From Diplonema japonicum (taxonomy: Eukaryota > Protista > Euglenozoa: Diplonemea): DNA of 64,000 bases. Location of the stretch: assembly GCA_964019335.1 (NCBI GenBank), contig OZ025659.1, positions 186,001-250,000 of the forward strand. The letters are read 5' to 3'. The notes below the pieces were generated by a model, which had not been told where the DNA came from, searched no databases, and was given only the letters and a program-made list of their open reading frames with translations. The translations under genes were made by a program, and so were the position numbers. Position 1 is the first letter of the stretch, and every line of letters begins with the position of its first letter. Positions 33,649 through 45,926 of the stretch are shown here, piece by piece.

Positions 33649-36369
33649 CTAGGTAGAAATTGCCCTCCTCACAAATGCAGTCGAGGGTCGTTTACCGGGT
33701 GGACGAACAGGGGCCTTGTTACAGGGTAGTTTTTCAGGCGGGCGGACAGGGATCTTATGACAGTGCCACAGCATCACATCAATGGTGTTGTTTGCAAACT
33801 GTCCTACTGTGTGCCGATTGGTACAAGACTTGAAAGCCTCCGCACGCATCCGTGTGTAGGGACAGTTGGGGCGCCGTTTCATATTCTTCCTAATACGCAA
33901 CCTGCTGAAGATGTTTTCCTTTTTGGTGATGCCTTGGGTGTGGAGCTGGAGGAGGATTTTCCTGTGCGATTCTTCATCCTTCCAAAGCTTCGCAACTCGC
34001 TTCAGGTAGCCGTTCAAAAGTAAATCGGGTAGATCCACATCGGGAAGCGAAGGAGGCAGCTCAGCCCGTTCTTGCAATGCGATCGACGCAAAACCCTTCG
34101 CCCACTGATACTCAACCCCAGCACGGGAGCTGTCTTGTTTAATCGCTTGCTTCCAATACCACCATGTTCTCTGGAGCCGTACCGCTGCTGCATTTTGAAG
34201 CAGCATCATACAGTCTAACCATGAGCCGATAGCTGCCATTGCACGGCGTCTTCGAATAACGATTCTGTACTGAGTTTGGATGACGGAAACAGCACGGATA
34301 CGAACTTGAAGGTACGTTGCCTTTCTCATGAACCCGGTGATGATTCTCGAGGCTCTTTCTCGTCGTTTTGATTGCTGACGGCGTTTCACTCTGTACCACG
34401 CTTGGATCTTCAGGGCGGGGACCTGTGCAGGGCGTTTCCATGAAATCCACGGTTTCCATTTCAGTTGAATGGCGTGTGCTGCCCACGCACGCTCGCGCAT
34501 CACGGCGTTGAAATTTGTTTCGAAGAACTCTTTGCGCAATGAATCCACTTTCTTCACCGCTATGTATTGCCGCCAGTTTCGTTGGATGGTAATTACTTTT
34601 TCTGTAGTAATCGAATGGTCATGACACCACATTAGATTTTGCTCGCAGATTTCAAGAGATTCAGTGAACCTCCGTCTGCGTAGGGGCCTTGTCAAACGGC
34701 GTTGTATCAAGCCTCTGTACACAGATTGAATCGTGATGCAGGCTTTCGCCATGACTGACATTAGTTTTCTGTCGGTGGCAAGGTCGGTTTTAATTCTCTC
34801 GTTTTGGTATGCGTTGCGGCGTTGCACCATGGAACACATTGCTGTTCGGGCAAAAAAAATTCTGACACGACTTTGAATCAGACGGGCCGCGTGGGCTCTT
34901 TCAGTGGGGGATCTTTGGGAGAACGCGCGGATTTGAATTATTTTCCGGGCGGTTTTTGCGGCGGATGCGAAGGCGCGTGAAAAAGCTTGAACTACAACGG
35001 CGTTGGACCGGAGATACTCTCGTTCGGCGGCCTCCCGAAGTTCGATAGTTTCTGTCAACGCAGATTTTTTGATCCGGGCAATCGCGTTTGCTGTCGATAC
35101 CCTCCACCAGAGTTGGATTGTTTGCACCGAACGGTGCTTTTCGAAATAATCAGTTTCGTCTATAAACTCTGCGACTTCTTGAGTTTGACTCGCGTACCTC
35201 CACGTCCCTACGAGTCTTTTTGCAGCGTTCATCCTTGCTGCGCTTTGTATCTTGATCGCCGCTGTTGTCTTGTCGTTGTGTATAAGCATCTCCAGGATCT
35301 TTTCCTGCTTTTCAGAAACCGTTTTCCTCGCTTTCTTCACTTCCCACAACGATTTCGCGTGTTTCTCACCCAGCGTCCTTGCGGTGTGGTTTTGCTGGAT
35401 TTGTGTTAACATGTTTTCTTTTACCATTGCTGCGAGAGCTTTCTTGATACACCTCTGCATTGTTACACACGCAGCGTCCTCACGATTCTCCTTTTGCACC
35501 CTTTTGTCGGTGATGATGTGGTTTGCTGTGGTGATGTTGTTTACGGTGATCGTTGCGGTGATACATCTGAACCACGTTTGGATTTTGACGGCGGCACGCG
35601 CAACCTTCAGGTGGTGCAAACGCTTCTTCTCACGGTATTTCCGGAACATTGCCTGGATCATCACAGTAGAACGGAAGTCCACAATGGGGACACCGTCGCG
35701 AAGCGTTCTTTCAAGGTACACAGCGTGAATCGATTTCAAGCGCGATAAAAGTGCCTTGGCACGAAGGCATCTGAACCACGTTTGGATTTTAACACATGCG
35801 GTGAGATCTCGGGGAACATCGCTGCGAAGCATTTTTTCGAGGTACACAGCGTGGATCGATTTCAAGCGTGATAAATGTGCCTTGGCACGAAGGCATCTGA
35901 ACCACGTTTGGATCGAAATAGTAGCACGGACTTCTGGGAAAACCCCGTCGTGGAGCAGATTTTCGAGGTATGCAGCGTGAACCGATTTTAAGTGCGTTAG
36001 AAGCGCTTTGGCTTGAATACATCTGAACCATGTTTGGATTCTGACGGTGAAGGACTTTGCACGGATGCCTCTGTACCACGCCTGGATTTTTGAACATGGG
36101 CCCGCCATCCATTCCTCCTCCTTGGTGACCCAAAGGAGGGTTCTTTTTGCAGCGTTTGCCGACGGCGAGGCTGTCACGTATGTGAAGAAGCGCAGGGTAC
36201 GATACCACTTTTGTATTCTTCTGGCCATGTGTGTCTTTTCCACGTTCAGGCTTCGGTCGACTTCCGTGCGTCTTTTGTTTCGAAGACTCACCACTTCTTT
36301 CTCGGCCAGTACCATTCGTATCCACTTTTGTAAACAGATCGTTGCGCTGAATTGTTCATCGGGAGGCAT
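33649..36369 (-). CDS. multi-IQ-motif calmodulin-binding protein
   Basis: More than 15 IQxxxR motifs; three ~42-aa internal repeats (IQTWFRC..AKA.L..LKS.HA.YLE). Confidence 0.85.
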   Translation of the reverse strand: MPPDEQFSATICLQKWIRMVLAEKEVVSLRNKRRTEVDRSLNVEKTHMARRIQKWYRTLRFFTYVTASPSANAAKRTLLWVTKEEEWMAGPCSKIQAWYRGIRAKSFTVRIQTWFRCIQAKALLTHLKSVHAAYLENLLHDGVFPEVRATISIQTWFRCLRAKAHLSRLKSIHAVYLEKMLRSDVPRDLTACVKIQTWFRCLRAKALLSRLKSIHAVYLERTLRDGVPIVDFRSTVMIQAMFRKYREKKRLHHLKVARAAVKIQTWFRCITATITVNNITTANHIITDKRVQKENREDAACVTMQRCIKKALAAMVKENMLTQIQQNHTARTLGEKHAKSLWEVKKARKTVSEKQEKILEMLIHNDKTTAAIKIQSAARMNAAKRLVGTWRYASQTQEVAEFIDETDYFEKHRSVQTIQLWWRVSTANAIARIKKSALTETIELREAAEREYLRSNAVVVQAFSRAFASAAKTARKIIQIRAFSQRSPTERAHAARLIQSRVRIFFARTAMCSMVQRRNAYQNERIKTDLATDRKLMSVMAKACITIQSVYRGLIQRRLTRPLRRRRFTESLEICEQNLMWCHDHSITTEKVITIQRNWRQYIAVKKVDSLRKEFFETNFNAVMRERAWAAHAIQLKWKPWISWKRPAQVPALKIQAWYRVKRRQQSKRRERASRIITGFMRKATYLQVRIRAVSVIQTQYRIVIRRRRAMAAIGSWLDCMMLLQNAAAVRLQRTWWYWKQAIKQDSSRAGVEYQWAKGFASIALQERAELPPSLPDVDLPDLLLNGYLKRVAKLWKDEESHRKILLQLHTQGITKKENIFSRLRIRKNMKRRPNCPYTRMRAEAFKSCTNRHTVGQFANNTIDVMLWHCHKIPVRPPEKLPCNKAPVRPPGKRPSTAFVRRAIST

Positions 36370-36640
36370 GTTGTCAAAAAGAAAAGTTTTTTTTTTCCTG
36401 AAGAAATTAATAACGGTAACAATACGCTTTCACTTCTTAGCTTTCCCCCTCCAATTTTTTTTGTTTTGTTATAAAAAAGAAAAAGAAGAAGAAAAAAAAA
36501 AAAAAACCCTCCTTGTGCAGAAGCGTCGAAAAGGGGAAGGAAGGAAGAAACAAAAAAAAGAAAAGAAATTGGAGGCGTATGAAGAGAAGAAAGTAAAACT
36601 AAAAGAAACTTAATTAAACAGCGTTCTTCCCTCCTCCGCT

Positions 36641-39600
36641 CTATGTCTTTTTAGGTTTTTTACCACCTTTTCGTGACGTGTCCTGAGGGGATTTTTTTTT
36701 TTTTTATAACCCCTAAACGCCCGCGCGGACGTTTTTGTCCTTATTTCAAAATTTGCTTTTTCGCTAAGTACTTTTTTTTGAACACGGCCCTTGGACTTCA
36801 AAATATGACATTGTTGCGCGGTTTATTTTGTCTTGGAACTATATTTTGCGTTAAAATTCAAGTTGTAATTGAAACCGGCAGGGTTGGCTTAAAATGGAAT
36901 CAGACAGTCAAAATAGCAGCGAAAACGTGAGTCTCCCCGACTGGTCAGATATTGAAGAAGACGACGACGAGACGGTCGAGGAGGGGCCGGAAACGATGCT
37001 TGGGTGGGAGAAATACTCCCAAAGGCCCGAAACGCACCGTTTCCGTGAAAAGGTGGGGCTCAAGACACCTCTGGGTGAAGCGGCCAACGAGGAGGGTGTT
37101 TTTAGTCTTTTTTTTTACACGCGCGGTACTTGAGCTCATAGTTTCTTCTACAAACAGTCGCTGCGATGCAAAAGAGCATCGGGATCTGAACCTTTCCGTC
37201 CCAGAGTTCAAAGTTTGGCTGTTTACGCTCGGCACCGAACATGAGGAGCTACTGGACAACGAATCCTAATTTAGCGATCCCGGCGTTTAAAGCTATGGGC
37301 AGAAACAGATTTGTCGACATCCAGCGTCACATCACCTTTGACAACATAGAAAACGTCAGTAAGGACTCTGAAGACAAACTGCTCCTCATGCGCAGGTTTC
37401 TTGACATCATTGTCAACCGGTGTAGGACTGTGCGGACCCCTGGCAAGTGGTTGTTCTGTTGACAGTGTTATCCCCTTTGATGGGCGGACAACAATGAAAG
37501 TCATGGCACCACGAAAAAACAACTCGGTGGGCATCAAGGTAATCGCTACATGCGACTCATCAAACGGTTACCTGGCGAATTTCAACATTTTCAGCAAGAA
37601 GTCCACAACACAGGACCTAGTCATGTGTGCTGTCGACCCCTGGCTGGGAACCCACCGTAGTATCGCCTTCGACAACTTCTTCTGTTCCCTGGGGCTCCAT
37701 CAGAAGCTATACGAAAACAAGATGCGCTCCTGCTCGACCTGCAGGAGGAACTGCCGGAGCATTCCGGCTTCCTTCCGCAGCCCGAAAAGGAACACGCCAG
37801 GGAGGATGACAAAGGCGCAGAAGCAGCTGCAGCTCAGGGAGGGGCAGTGGATGATGCTGCAGCAGGGTCCGGTGCACCTCATCCGGTGGATGGACTCACG
37901 CGAGGTGTTCTTCATGTCCACCTTGCCTCTGGGGGATGAAAACACGAGCGTCGAACGCTCGAAGAAGGAGAAGGGGAAGTGGAAGACCAGGAAGGTGGAA
38001 TGTCCCTACCAGGTTATTGACTACAACAACAACATGGGGGGGGTCAACCGGCACGACCAGCTCCAGGGGATCGGGGTTCGGCATATGAAAACCCGTAAGT
38101 GACCATGGCCGTTTTTTATTGGGTCCTGGAAAGCTGTGTTGCTAACTCCTCCATAATCTGGAAGGAGAACAGGGAATGTGGCACAAATTATGGCTTCTCG
38201 AACTTTAAAGAAGAACTTGTTGGCAAGCTTCTCGCCCATGCCCCAAAAGCCGATAGCACACCACCCCCGACTACACCGTCACCGACCCCCAAGCGCAAAC
38301 ACGCTAGCAATGAGGATTCCCTCACTCAGAAATACCCAAAACGTCTCGATTCGACCCTAAATCACACCTCCGAGACCATGATGAACGGAACGAAGGTGAG
38401 GAAGGTGCTCTGTGTTGTTCCTGGGTGCGGGAAGAAGGTGCAAACGTGGTGCCCCTGTTGCAAAGCCCCCTTATGCAAAACGTGTTTTTTACCCTTCCAT
38501 GCTACCCCGGCTGGAAAAAAAGTTCGTAAGTTGCTTTTTTCATCTCGCAGCCCCAAAAAGTCTCCAGACTGACCTCAATCCTAGAGTTCAGGGCACCAAA
38601 TAGGGCTGAATGCTGCCCTATTTAGCCCAGCCATAACTCCACGGACCCCCCACGACAAGGCCCCCCAAAATCGGACATAAAATGTACCCCCTCAACCCCC
38701 CTCTTACACACATAGTTAAGTGTTCTCATCTGAATCTGGCACCTGGAATAGAAAATTTTAGTACCGTTTACCCTTTCCTTGCACCTTCCTATGGTTGCAT
38801 GCTGCCCTTTTTTTGAGTATTTAAAGCAACAACGAAAATGGGGGGGTACCGTAGATAGGCTCCGGGCGTTTAGGGGATAAAAGATTTCTCCATACCGCAG
38901 GCTTCAAAGCAGTGACACGGTTTTGAACTTCCTCACACCTTCTAGACCCTGAATCGTAGTGGTTGACAAGTTCTGTTTTTTTTTTTTTTTTTTTTCTTCC
39001 CCCACACCATTATAGTGTTCGGTTTGCAATTTCAACAAGGGTCTGAGCGAAGGGTCCGGGAGCAGTCCTTCGGACTCAGTCCGAAGAAGGTCCTCGGTCC
39101 CCTCGCTGATTGCGGTTTTTAACGCCCTGAGCTCCCTTTCAAGGTGCGACTGCTCGAACCGCGTCCACTGAAGATGCGTCTCAAGAAGAGCGGCCTTGTG
39201 ACCATCGAGCAAAAAGAGCGGGTCCTCGGGTTTGGAGGAGGCATTGTTTTTCGCAGCGGCACCTGTTCGAGAGCGGTCGGTGACCATCAAAGTCGCTTCG
39301 TTCTCCGCTTCGGCTTGAGAAATCAGTTGGGTGAGCTGTGTGAGCGTCTCCTTGTGGTTCACAAGCTGCCTGTGCGCCCGTTGATAAAACTGAAGAAGCT
39401 GTATTTCTGTCGATGTTTTTCTTGTCGAATTTTTAACGGTGTTGACAAGGTCCGTCCAACGCGCTCTCCATTGCTCGGGGATGTCCGCGAGATCTCCCGT
39501 TAAGACGGAGCCAACATGGTGGACCTCGATTTTACGGTTGTCGGTTTTTGTCTTCACCCGAACAACACTGAACGGGGGCAGAACGATTTCCATCTGCTGC

Positions 39601-40724
39601 GGCGACTGTGAACAATTTGTCAGATCGAGACCGGAACGAACACCGCGTATCGTGGCCACCATATCGTGTTCCTCCGATATGAATAAATCCATGTCCAAGG
39701 AAGCAGACACGACAGCAGGCCAGTACTGCACATCGTCAGGCTTGCAATTCTTCATGAACGAGCGGAGGCTGTGCGTCATGGCCTCGGACTTCACACCATA
39801 ATACAGAGTCCGTCCTACTTTGTCCGCCGGGAGGCTGGTAGACGCCGAAGCAATGATTAATATGAAATTGACCCATTCACCCATCACCTTCAAGTCCCTC
39901 GCTGCAATCGCTCGATTAATGGTCACCATGATATTAGGGGAGACAGGTGCGTAATTGAAGGGAGGGGTGTGGCCGGACCATCGTCCGAGCAACCTGTCCA
40001 ATCCAACCGGTTCGCATGTGTAAAGAAACAGCGTTAATAATTCGATATAAGTTAGTTTCGGGTTTGCAGGGAGGTATCGGCAGGCGATGGCTGTGGTGAG
40101 GAGGGAGAGCTGTCCCGTGGATATTTTGAGGTGGTTGCAGAGTTCTTGCAGGATGCTGGAGGATTTTCTCTCCCAGAGCGCGGTGAGCGTGCTTACCATG
40201 TCGATGGTTTCTTCCGGTCTGGGGAACGGGGTGTGGTGGCACATTCCCAAGTCTCGTGAGGCATTGAACTCACTGTCTTGATCGATAGCTTCGAATGTTT
40301 GTGTGATGTCCTCGTCGGTGGCTTCCATTTCACTTCTGTTTTCAATGCCGTCCACGGTTGCCATTACTTGGTACAGGCATTCGTTGACATCGTGTTGTGC
40401 GGATTTTGAAAAATCCTGCTGCATGCTGGCGTCTCTGTCTTCGCCTACCACGACCACGCCATCGTCGTCGCCTTCACCCCAAGCTGCTTTCTGCGATCGC
40501 CTTGTTATCAATCGGTCTAGTTTCTCGTTTTCAATGTCCGGATATGGTTGTGGATCGAACCCTGGAACGACTCCGCTTTCTTTATGTGTCGTGCGGTGCC
40601 CTGCACTCTTTGCATGTTCTTTCCGATATGCTTTCAGGTAGAACTCTCTCGTCAGCCGTGCGACCTCCGCCTGTTCCGCTTGAATCGCCGCTGGGTCCGG
40701 ACCTTTTTTTTTCTTGCCTGGCAT
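36641..40724 (-). CDS. protein with degenerate ADP-ribosyltransferase-like domain and coiled coil (611 aa; introns 38973-39007 and TE-containing 36683-38895)
   Basis: LFLYT..INRA..LP..TLYYG..WPAVVSAS..SQSPQQMEIVLPPFS follows the ART layout; splicing gives the final exon DTSRKGGKKPKKT*. Confidence 0.7.
36710..38876 (+). mobile_element. piggyBac-like element, family 2, near full length with decayed transposase, ATAA TSD
   Basis: 14-bp TIR CCCCTAAACGCCCG/CGGGCGTTTAGGGG; ATAA at 36706-36709 and 38877-38880; frameshifted transposase 36894-38572 (SVDS, FDNFF, W.D, YN.NMGGVN, Cys-rich tail). Confidence 0.93.
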
Positions 40725-41262
40725 TTTTTTTTTGCTCTTTTTTTTTGGGGGGGGATTGATTGATTTGGGAAGAAGAAAAAAATATAGAAAAGATATTGTG
40801 TTCCATAGACTTTTTTTTGTTGTTGTTGGTTTCTTTTTTTTTCTGTTTTTTCAAGGGGGGAGGCATGAAAGAAATTGCGTTTGGTAAGTTGTAACTTCTT
40901 CCCCCCCCCCCGGGCCCGCTCAGAGAGCAGAGAGCAGAGAGAAGGAAAAAAGAAAAGAGAGAGAAAACAACAACGAAAAAAAGGAGTGGGGGGGGGGGGT
41001 ACTGAAATGTCACTTTTTCGTAAATCTTTCTTCTCCTTCCGTATCTCTCAAACCACCGGAAGAAGAAGAAAAAACAAATGAGAGGAACCGAAGATTAGAA
41101 AAAGCATTAAAAACTGAAGCGCTGTGTAATATATAATGATATGAGAAACTCCTGGAAATAATAAAAAATAAAAATGAAGGGAATGAACGATTGTGGGGGG
41201 AAAAAATCACTGTGATACAGACAACCCCAAAATAAGAAAGAAACGATCGGCTTACAAGTAAA

Positions 41263-41813
41263 CCTCCTGCTTACAACTTGTCGTAGTAGTTCTCGAGGCC
41301 AGCAACCTCAGGCTTGAGCCCCTTCCTGATACGGGTCTTGGTCACAAGGTCGGAGGCAAGGTTACCCGCCTCAAGCGGGTTACCGGGGAGGACTGCCAGT
41401 GGTCGAACACGCACTGGGGGAAGGCCTGTTGAGTGGGCTTTTTTTATTTTTTATTTTTTTTTTGACAACATACCTGTCCACCAGTGTTGGACCTGAGGTC
41501 AGCGGTGAACCCGAAGGACTCGGCGACAGGGAGGTAGGCACGGACCTGTATTATTATTATTATTATTATTCTTTCTTTTTTTCTTTCTTTTTTTTTTCTT
41601 TTCTTTTTTTGTTAAAAAAACACACGTTGTAGATGGGAGTCCCTGGCCTGTTCTCCTCACCAAGCATGATACCCCTCCTCTTGTTGAGGACACCGTAGAT
41701 CCCTCCCATGGCGTGCTCGACGGTCTGGATGTCGACAAGGAAGACGGGCTCCATGAGACCGGGCTTGGCGGTGAGGATGCAGGCGTAGTAGTTACGGCGG
41801 GCGGTGGGGATGA
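41263..41813 (-). pseudogene. 3' fragment duplicate of eEF2 (with two introns and a 1-nt deletion)
   Basis: Near-identical to 42796-43343; CCGGGGAGGACTG versus CCGGGGAAGGACTG frameshift. Confidence 0.9.
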
Positions 41814-41856
41814 TCATCGTCCATGTGTTCCGCGCCAGACGCCTGCTGGAGTTCCT

Positions 41857-41910
<54 letters not shown>

Positions 41911-42190
41911 TATACTTTGTTCGCCAGCATTTCTTGTTTCAGCGTCTGCTTGGTTGTCTTCAACTCCTTTTCGGTCTTCGCCTTGTAGTCTTCATATTCA
42001 TTGCGAAGCTTTCCCGTCTCCATCAGCAGGGCTTGGTACTCTTGGTTTTTCTTCTTCAGCATCTCCTGTGACTTTGCGACAATCTCGTCGATTTTCTTAT
42101 CCGCCGCCTTTGGCTCCCCAGCATCTGTTTTTTCCTCTATTTGCTCCAGATGTCAATCATTCTCTTGAAGTCATTGAGAAGGTTCGCCAT
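41792..42190 (-). pseudogene. truncated coiled-coil gene fused out of frame to the eEF2 fragment
   Basis: MANLLNDFKRMID/(frameshift)LEQIEEK...; intron 41855-41915; reads into the eEF2 copy and stops at 41792. Confidence 0.6.
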
Positions 42191-42225
42191 GTTAGGACTA
42201 CTATTTTTCCCCTACACCCCTTCTT

Positions 42226-42261
<36 letters not shown>

Positions 42262-42803
42262 TTGTTGAAAAACCTGAAGAGAAAAAGAAGAAGAAGAAAA
42301 AAACGATGATGTTCTCCTTCGTTTTCCCTCCCTATTATATTTTTTTTTTTCTTTCTGTGATCAAAGAGAATTGTTAGCAAACGATTCGTCAGAAAAGAAA
42401 AAGAGAAAGACGAAGAGGGGGAAGGCCCCCGTTGATTCTTCATAGGGTACGTAATAAAGGGGTGGGGTTAAACCTTATGATACTTGCCTGGAATTCGTTT
42501 TTTTTACCTTTTCCTTTTTTTAAGATTTTCCCCCTTCCTCTCACTTAAAGGACAGGTATTTGAGTAGAGAAGAAGGAAGAACGTAAAAGGAAAAAAGAGA
42601 AATAAAATACTGCAAACCTCATACTTTTATGCCCCGGGGAAAAAAAGGGGGTACTACCCAGAGGTCACCAGCGCTGGGATGGAGAAAAAAAATACACTAT
42701 GATAGGAACGAAGTGGTTAGCAACGGCCCGCCGAAGAAAGGTGACTCATAGCACCCCGGGGGGGGGGGAAGAGGACACGTTTTGGTTCAAATAGTCCTCC
42801 TGC

Positions 42804-43080
42804 TTACAACTTGTCGTAGTAGTTCTCGAGGCCAGCAACCTCAGGCTTGAGCCCCTTCCTGATACGGGTCTTGGTCACAAGGTCGGAGGCAAGGTTACCC
42901 GCCTCAAGCGGGTTACCGGGGAAGGACTGCCAGTGGTCGAACACGCACTGGGGGAAGGCCTGTTGAGTGGGTTTTTTTTATTTTTTATTTTTTTTTGACA
43001 ACATACCTGTCCACCAGTGTTGGACCTGAGGTCAGCGGTGAACCCGAAGGACTCGGCGACAGGGAGGTAGGCACGGACCT

Positions 43081-43113
<33 letters not shown>

Positions 43114-44204
43114 TTTCTTTTTTTTTTCTTTTCTTTTTTTGTTAAAAAAACACACGTTGTAGATGGGAGTCCCTGGCCTGTTCTCCTCACCAAGCATGAT
43201 ACCCCTCCTCTTGTTGAGGACACCGTAGATCCCTCCCATGGCGTGCTCGACGGTCTGGATGTCGACAAGGAAGACGGGCTCCATGAGACCGGGCTTGGCG
43301 GTGAGGATGCAGGCGTAGTAGTTACGGCGGGCGGTAGGGATGACCTGACCACCACCTCTGTGGATCGCGTCCGCGTGCATCGTCATGTCCTCGATGTTGA
43401 TCCTCACCCCACGCATCGTCTCCTCGCAGAGCACACCCTCCTTTGTCGCCCAGTTCCACGCCGCCACGAACGAGTCCTTCACCTCGTTCATGTTCTGCAC
43501 ACCCTTCGTCACATCCACCACGATGTTCGGGCCCGCACCGTCCGGACCGAAGCACCAGATCTTCCTCGCCTCCGCGACGTCCCAGTCGAACTCGTCCGCG
43601 AGCACACGCGCCCTGATCTTCACGTCAGCCTCAGCGTGCACGTTCTTGTCCTTGTCATCGATGTTCTGGCACAGCTCGTCCCCGAGAGGCGCTCCCCTCG
43701 CGAAGATCCTGTTGTGCTTGTTCGGCGACTTCGACAGGCACTGACGGTCGCTCTCATCTGTCACCGTCTCACGGAACGACACCACAGGCTCAGAGATCTT
43801 CAACTTCGCTCCTGCCATGTAGTCCTCCTGAAGATCCTTCAAACAGATCTCCAAGTGGAGCTCTCCTGCTCCTGCGATGATGTGCTCTCCTGATTCTTCG
43901 ATCGAGCACTGCACGAGGGGGTCGGACCTGAGAGAGAGAGAGAAAAAAAAAAGATTTTATTTTATTTTATTTTATTTTATTTATTTTTTTTTTTCTTCTT
44001 CTTTTTCTTCTTAACATACTTCGACAGACGCTTCAGACCCTCAACCAACTTGGGGAGGTCAGCAGGGGAAGCGCACTCCACAGCGACACGCACAACAGGC
44101 GACACACTGTACTTCATGTCACGGAGCGGGTAGCAGTCCGCGCAGGACTCGTCCGTAAGGGTCGCGGTCTTCACGATGAAGTTGTCCACACCTGTGTGTA
44201 GAAG

Positions 44205-44250
<46 letters not shown>

Positions 44251-45876
44251 CTTTTTCTTTTTTCTTTTTCTTTTTCTTTTTCTTTTTTCTTTTTCTTTTA
44301 TTTTCTTTTTTATACACACCAACAAGACCAACAACGTTACCACAGGGAATGTCCTCAACAGCCTCCTGGTAACGACCCATCATGAGAACGGTACGCTGGA
44401 TGTTCTTGATAGACATGTCCTTCTTCGTCCCGTACTCGTAGTTGGGGCCCATGATCCTGGCCTTCTGTCCCTGCCTCACCTTCCCAGAGAAGACACGACC
44501 GAAGGCAATGAACCTCCCCTTGTCAGAGGCGGGAACCATCTTCGAGACGTACATGACGAGGGGTGCGGCGGGGTCGCAGTTCTTCAATCCCTGGAAGTAC
44601 TTGTCGTTGTTGGGGATGAAGGATCCGTCCTCCTGCTCCGTCAGCCCCATGTAGAGCTGGTCCGCCCTGTAGGCCTGGGCCTGCTTCGGGGAGGGAAGCT
44701 TGGTGACGATCATCTGCAGGAGGGCGTCCGAGGCGGGGAGGAACTTCTGCATGATGCACTTCAGAAGCCTCTTCTGGGTGAGCTCCTTCTCATCTCCCTT
44801 CAGCGTAATGTTCAGAGCCTTCATCATCTTCTCCATCTTGTCCTTCTTCTCGTTCATCACAGCGTCGAACAAGTTCTTGATCGGCTCCATGCAGAACTGG
44901 CAGAAGGCCCTCTGACCCCCCGCAACAGCCTCAGAGGTCCACTTCTTCCTCTTCCCGTCGAAGTAGGAGTCTCCCCACAACCTCTTCACCATCTTGTCCT
45001 CGTCGATCCCGAACTTCACCGCGTACATCTTCGCGAACTTGTTCAGGGTGAAGGCCCACGAGTGGAGACCAGACCCGAACCCGACCGTCCCGGCCTCCGG
45101 GTACACCTGCACGTCCCCGAGGTGCTCGTCGTTGTAGGTCGCGATCACCACGTTCACCGTCTGGATCGTCCTGAAGAAGGACTGGTACGCCTCCTCGGGG
45201 TCCAGCTGAAGCTCCAAGAGCGCACGGTCCACCTTGTTCACCATCACCACCGGCTTGATCCTCTCAGAGAGCGCCTGCCTCAGCACAGTCTCCGTCTGCA
45301 CGCACACTCCCTCCACGCAGTCCACCACCACGAGTGCCCCGTCCGTCACTCGCAGAGCCGCCGTCACCTCAGACGAGAAGTCAACGTGCCCCGGGGAGTC
45401 GATCAGGTTGATCAAGAAGTCCCTCTTGTCGTTCCCGGTCAGCTTCATGAGCTGCTCGTCCGACACCAGCCTCTTCTCCACGTTGTAGTACAGAGAGATC
45501 GACGTCGACTTGATCGTGATGCAACGCTCCTGTTGTTTTTGTTTTGTTTTGTTTTGTTTTGTTTTGTTTTGGTGTTGGTTTTTTTTTTTTTTTTTTTTCC
45601 TTCCTTCTTTTCTATTCTATTTTCTTCTTTTCATACCTGCTCGTCCGCACGGGTGTCCGTCAGACGCGCGTCACCGGCCTTCGCCATGGCAATGATACCG
45701 GCAGCCGCAACAAGGGAGTCGGTCAGGGTCGACTTCCCGTGGTCCACGTGCGCAATCACAGACCTTTTTTTTTTTTTTTTTCCCATCCCCTTTTTTTTCT
45801 ATGTGTCATACATGTTACGGATCTGCGTCGGGTGGTCCATGATGGCACGCACCTCGCCTACTGTGAAGTTCACCAT
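42804..45876 (-). CDS. EEF2: eukaryotic translation elongation factor 2 (857 aa, 6 introns)
   Basis: [35 protein letters not shown], diphthamide loop [16 protein letters not shown]; introns 45764-45811, 45530-45636, 44192-44319, 43928-44019, 43079-43155, 42960-43006. Confidence 0.97.
44205..44250. repeat. (GTT)n microsatellite in eEF2 intron 3
   Basis: Direct reading. Confidence 0.9.
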
Positions 45877-45926
45877 TTTTTCTTTTTTGTTTTTGTTTTA
45901 AGGTCCCCTTGTTTGAAATAATATAA

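Noticed and set aside
38100-38102. TGA at a conserved Trp position of the transposase as a sign of an alternative genetic code
   Set aside because: The element is decayed with several frameshifts; host genes use TGG for Trp and TGA as stop
44204-45901. 565-aa plus-strand ORF (also 52704-53492, 43243-43893, 58381-59457, 10605-11450)
   Set aside because: Antisense shadows of strongly codon-biased genes; no independent protein features
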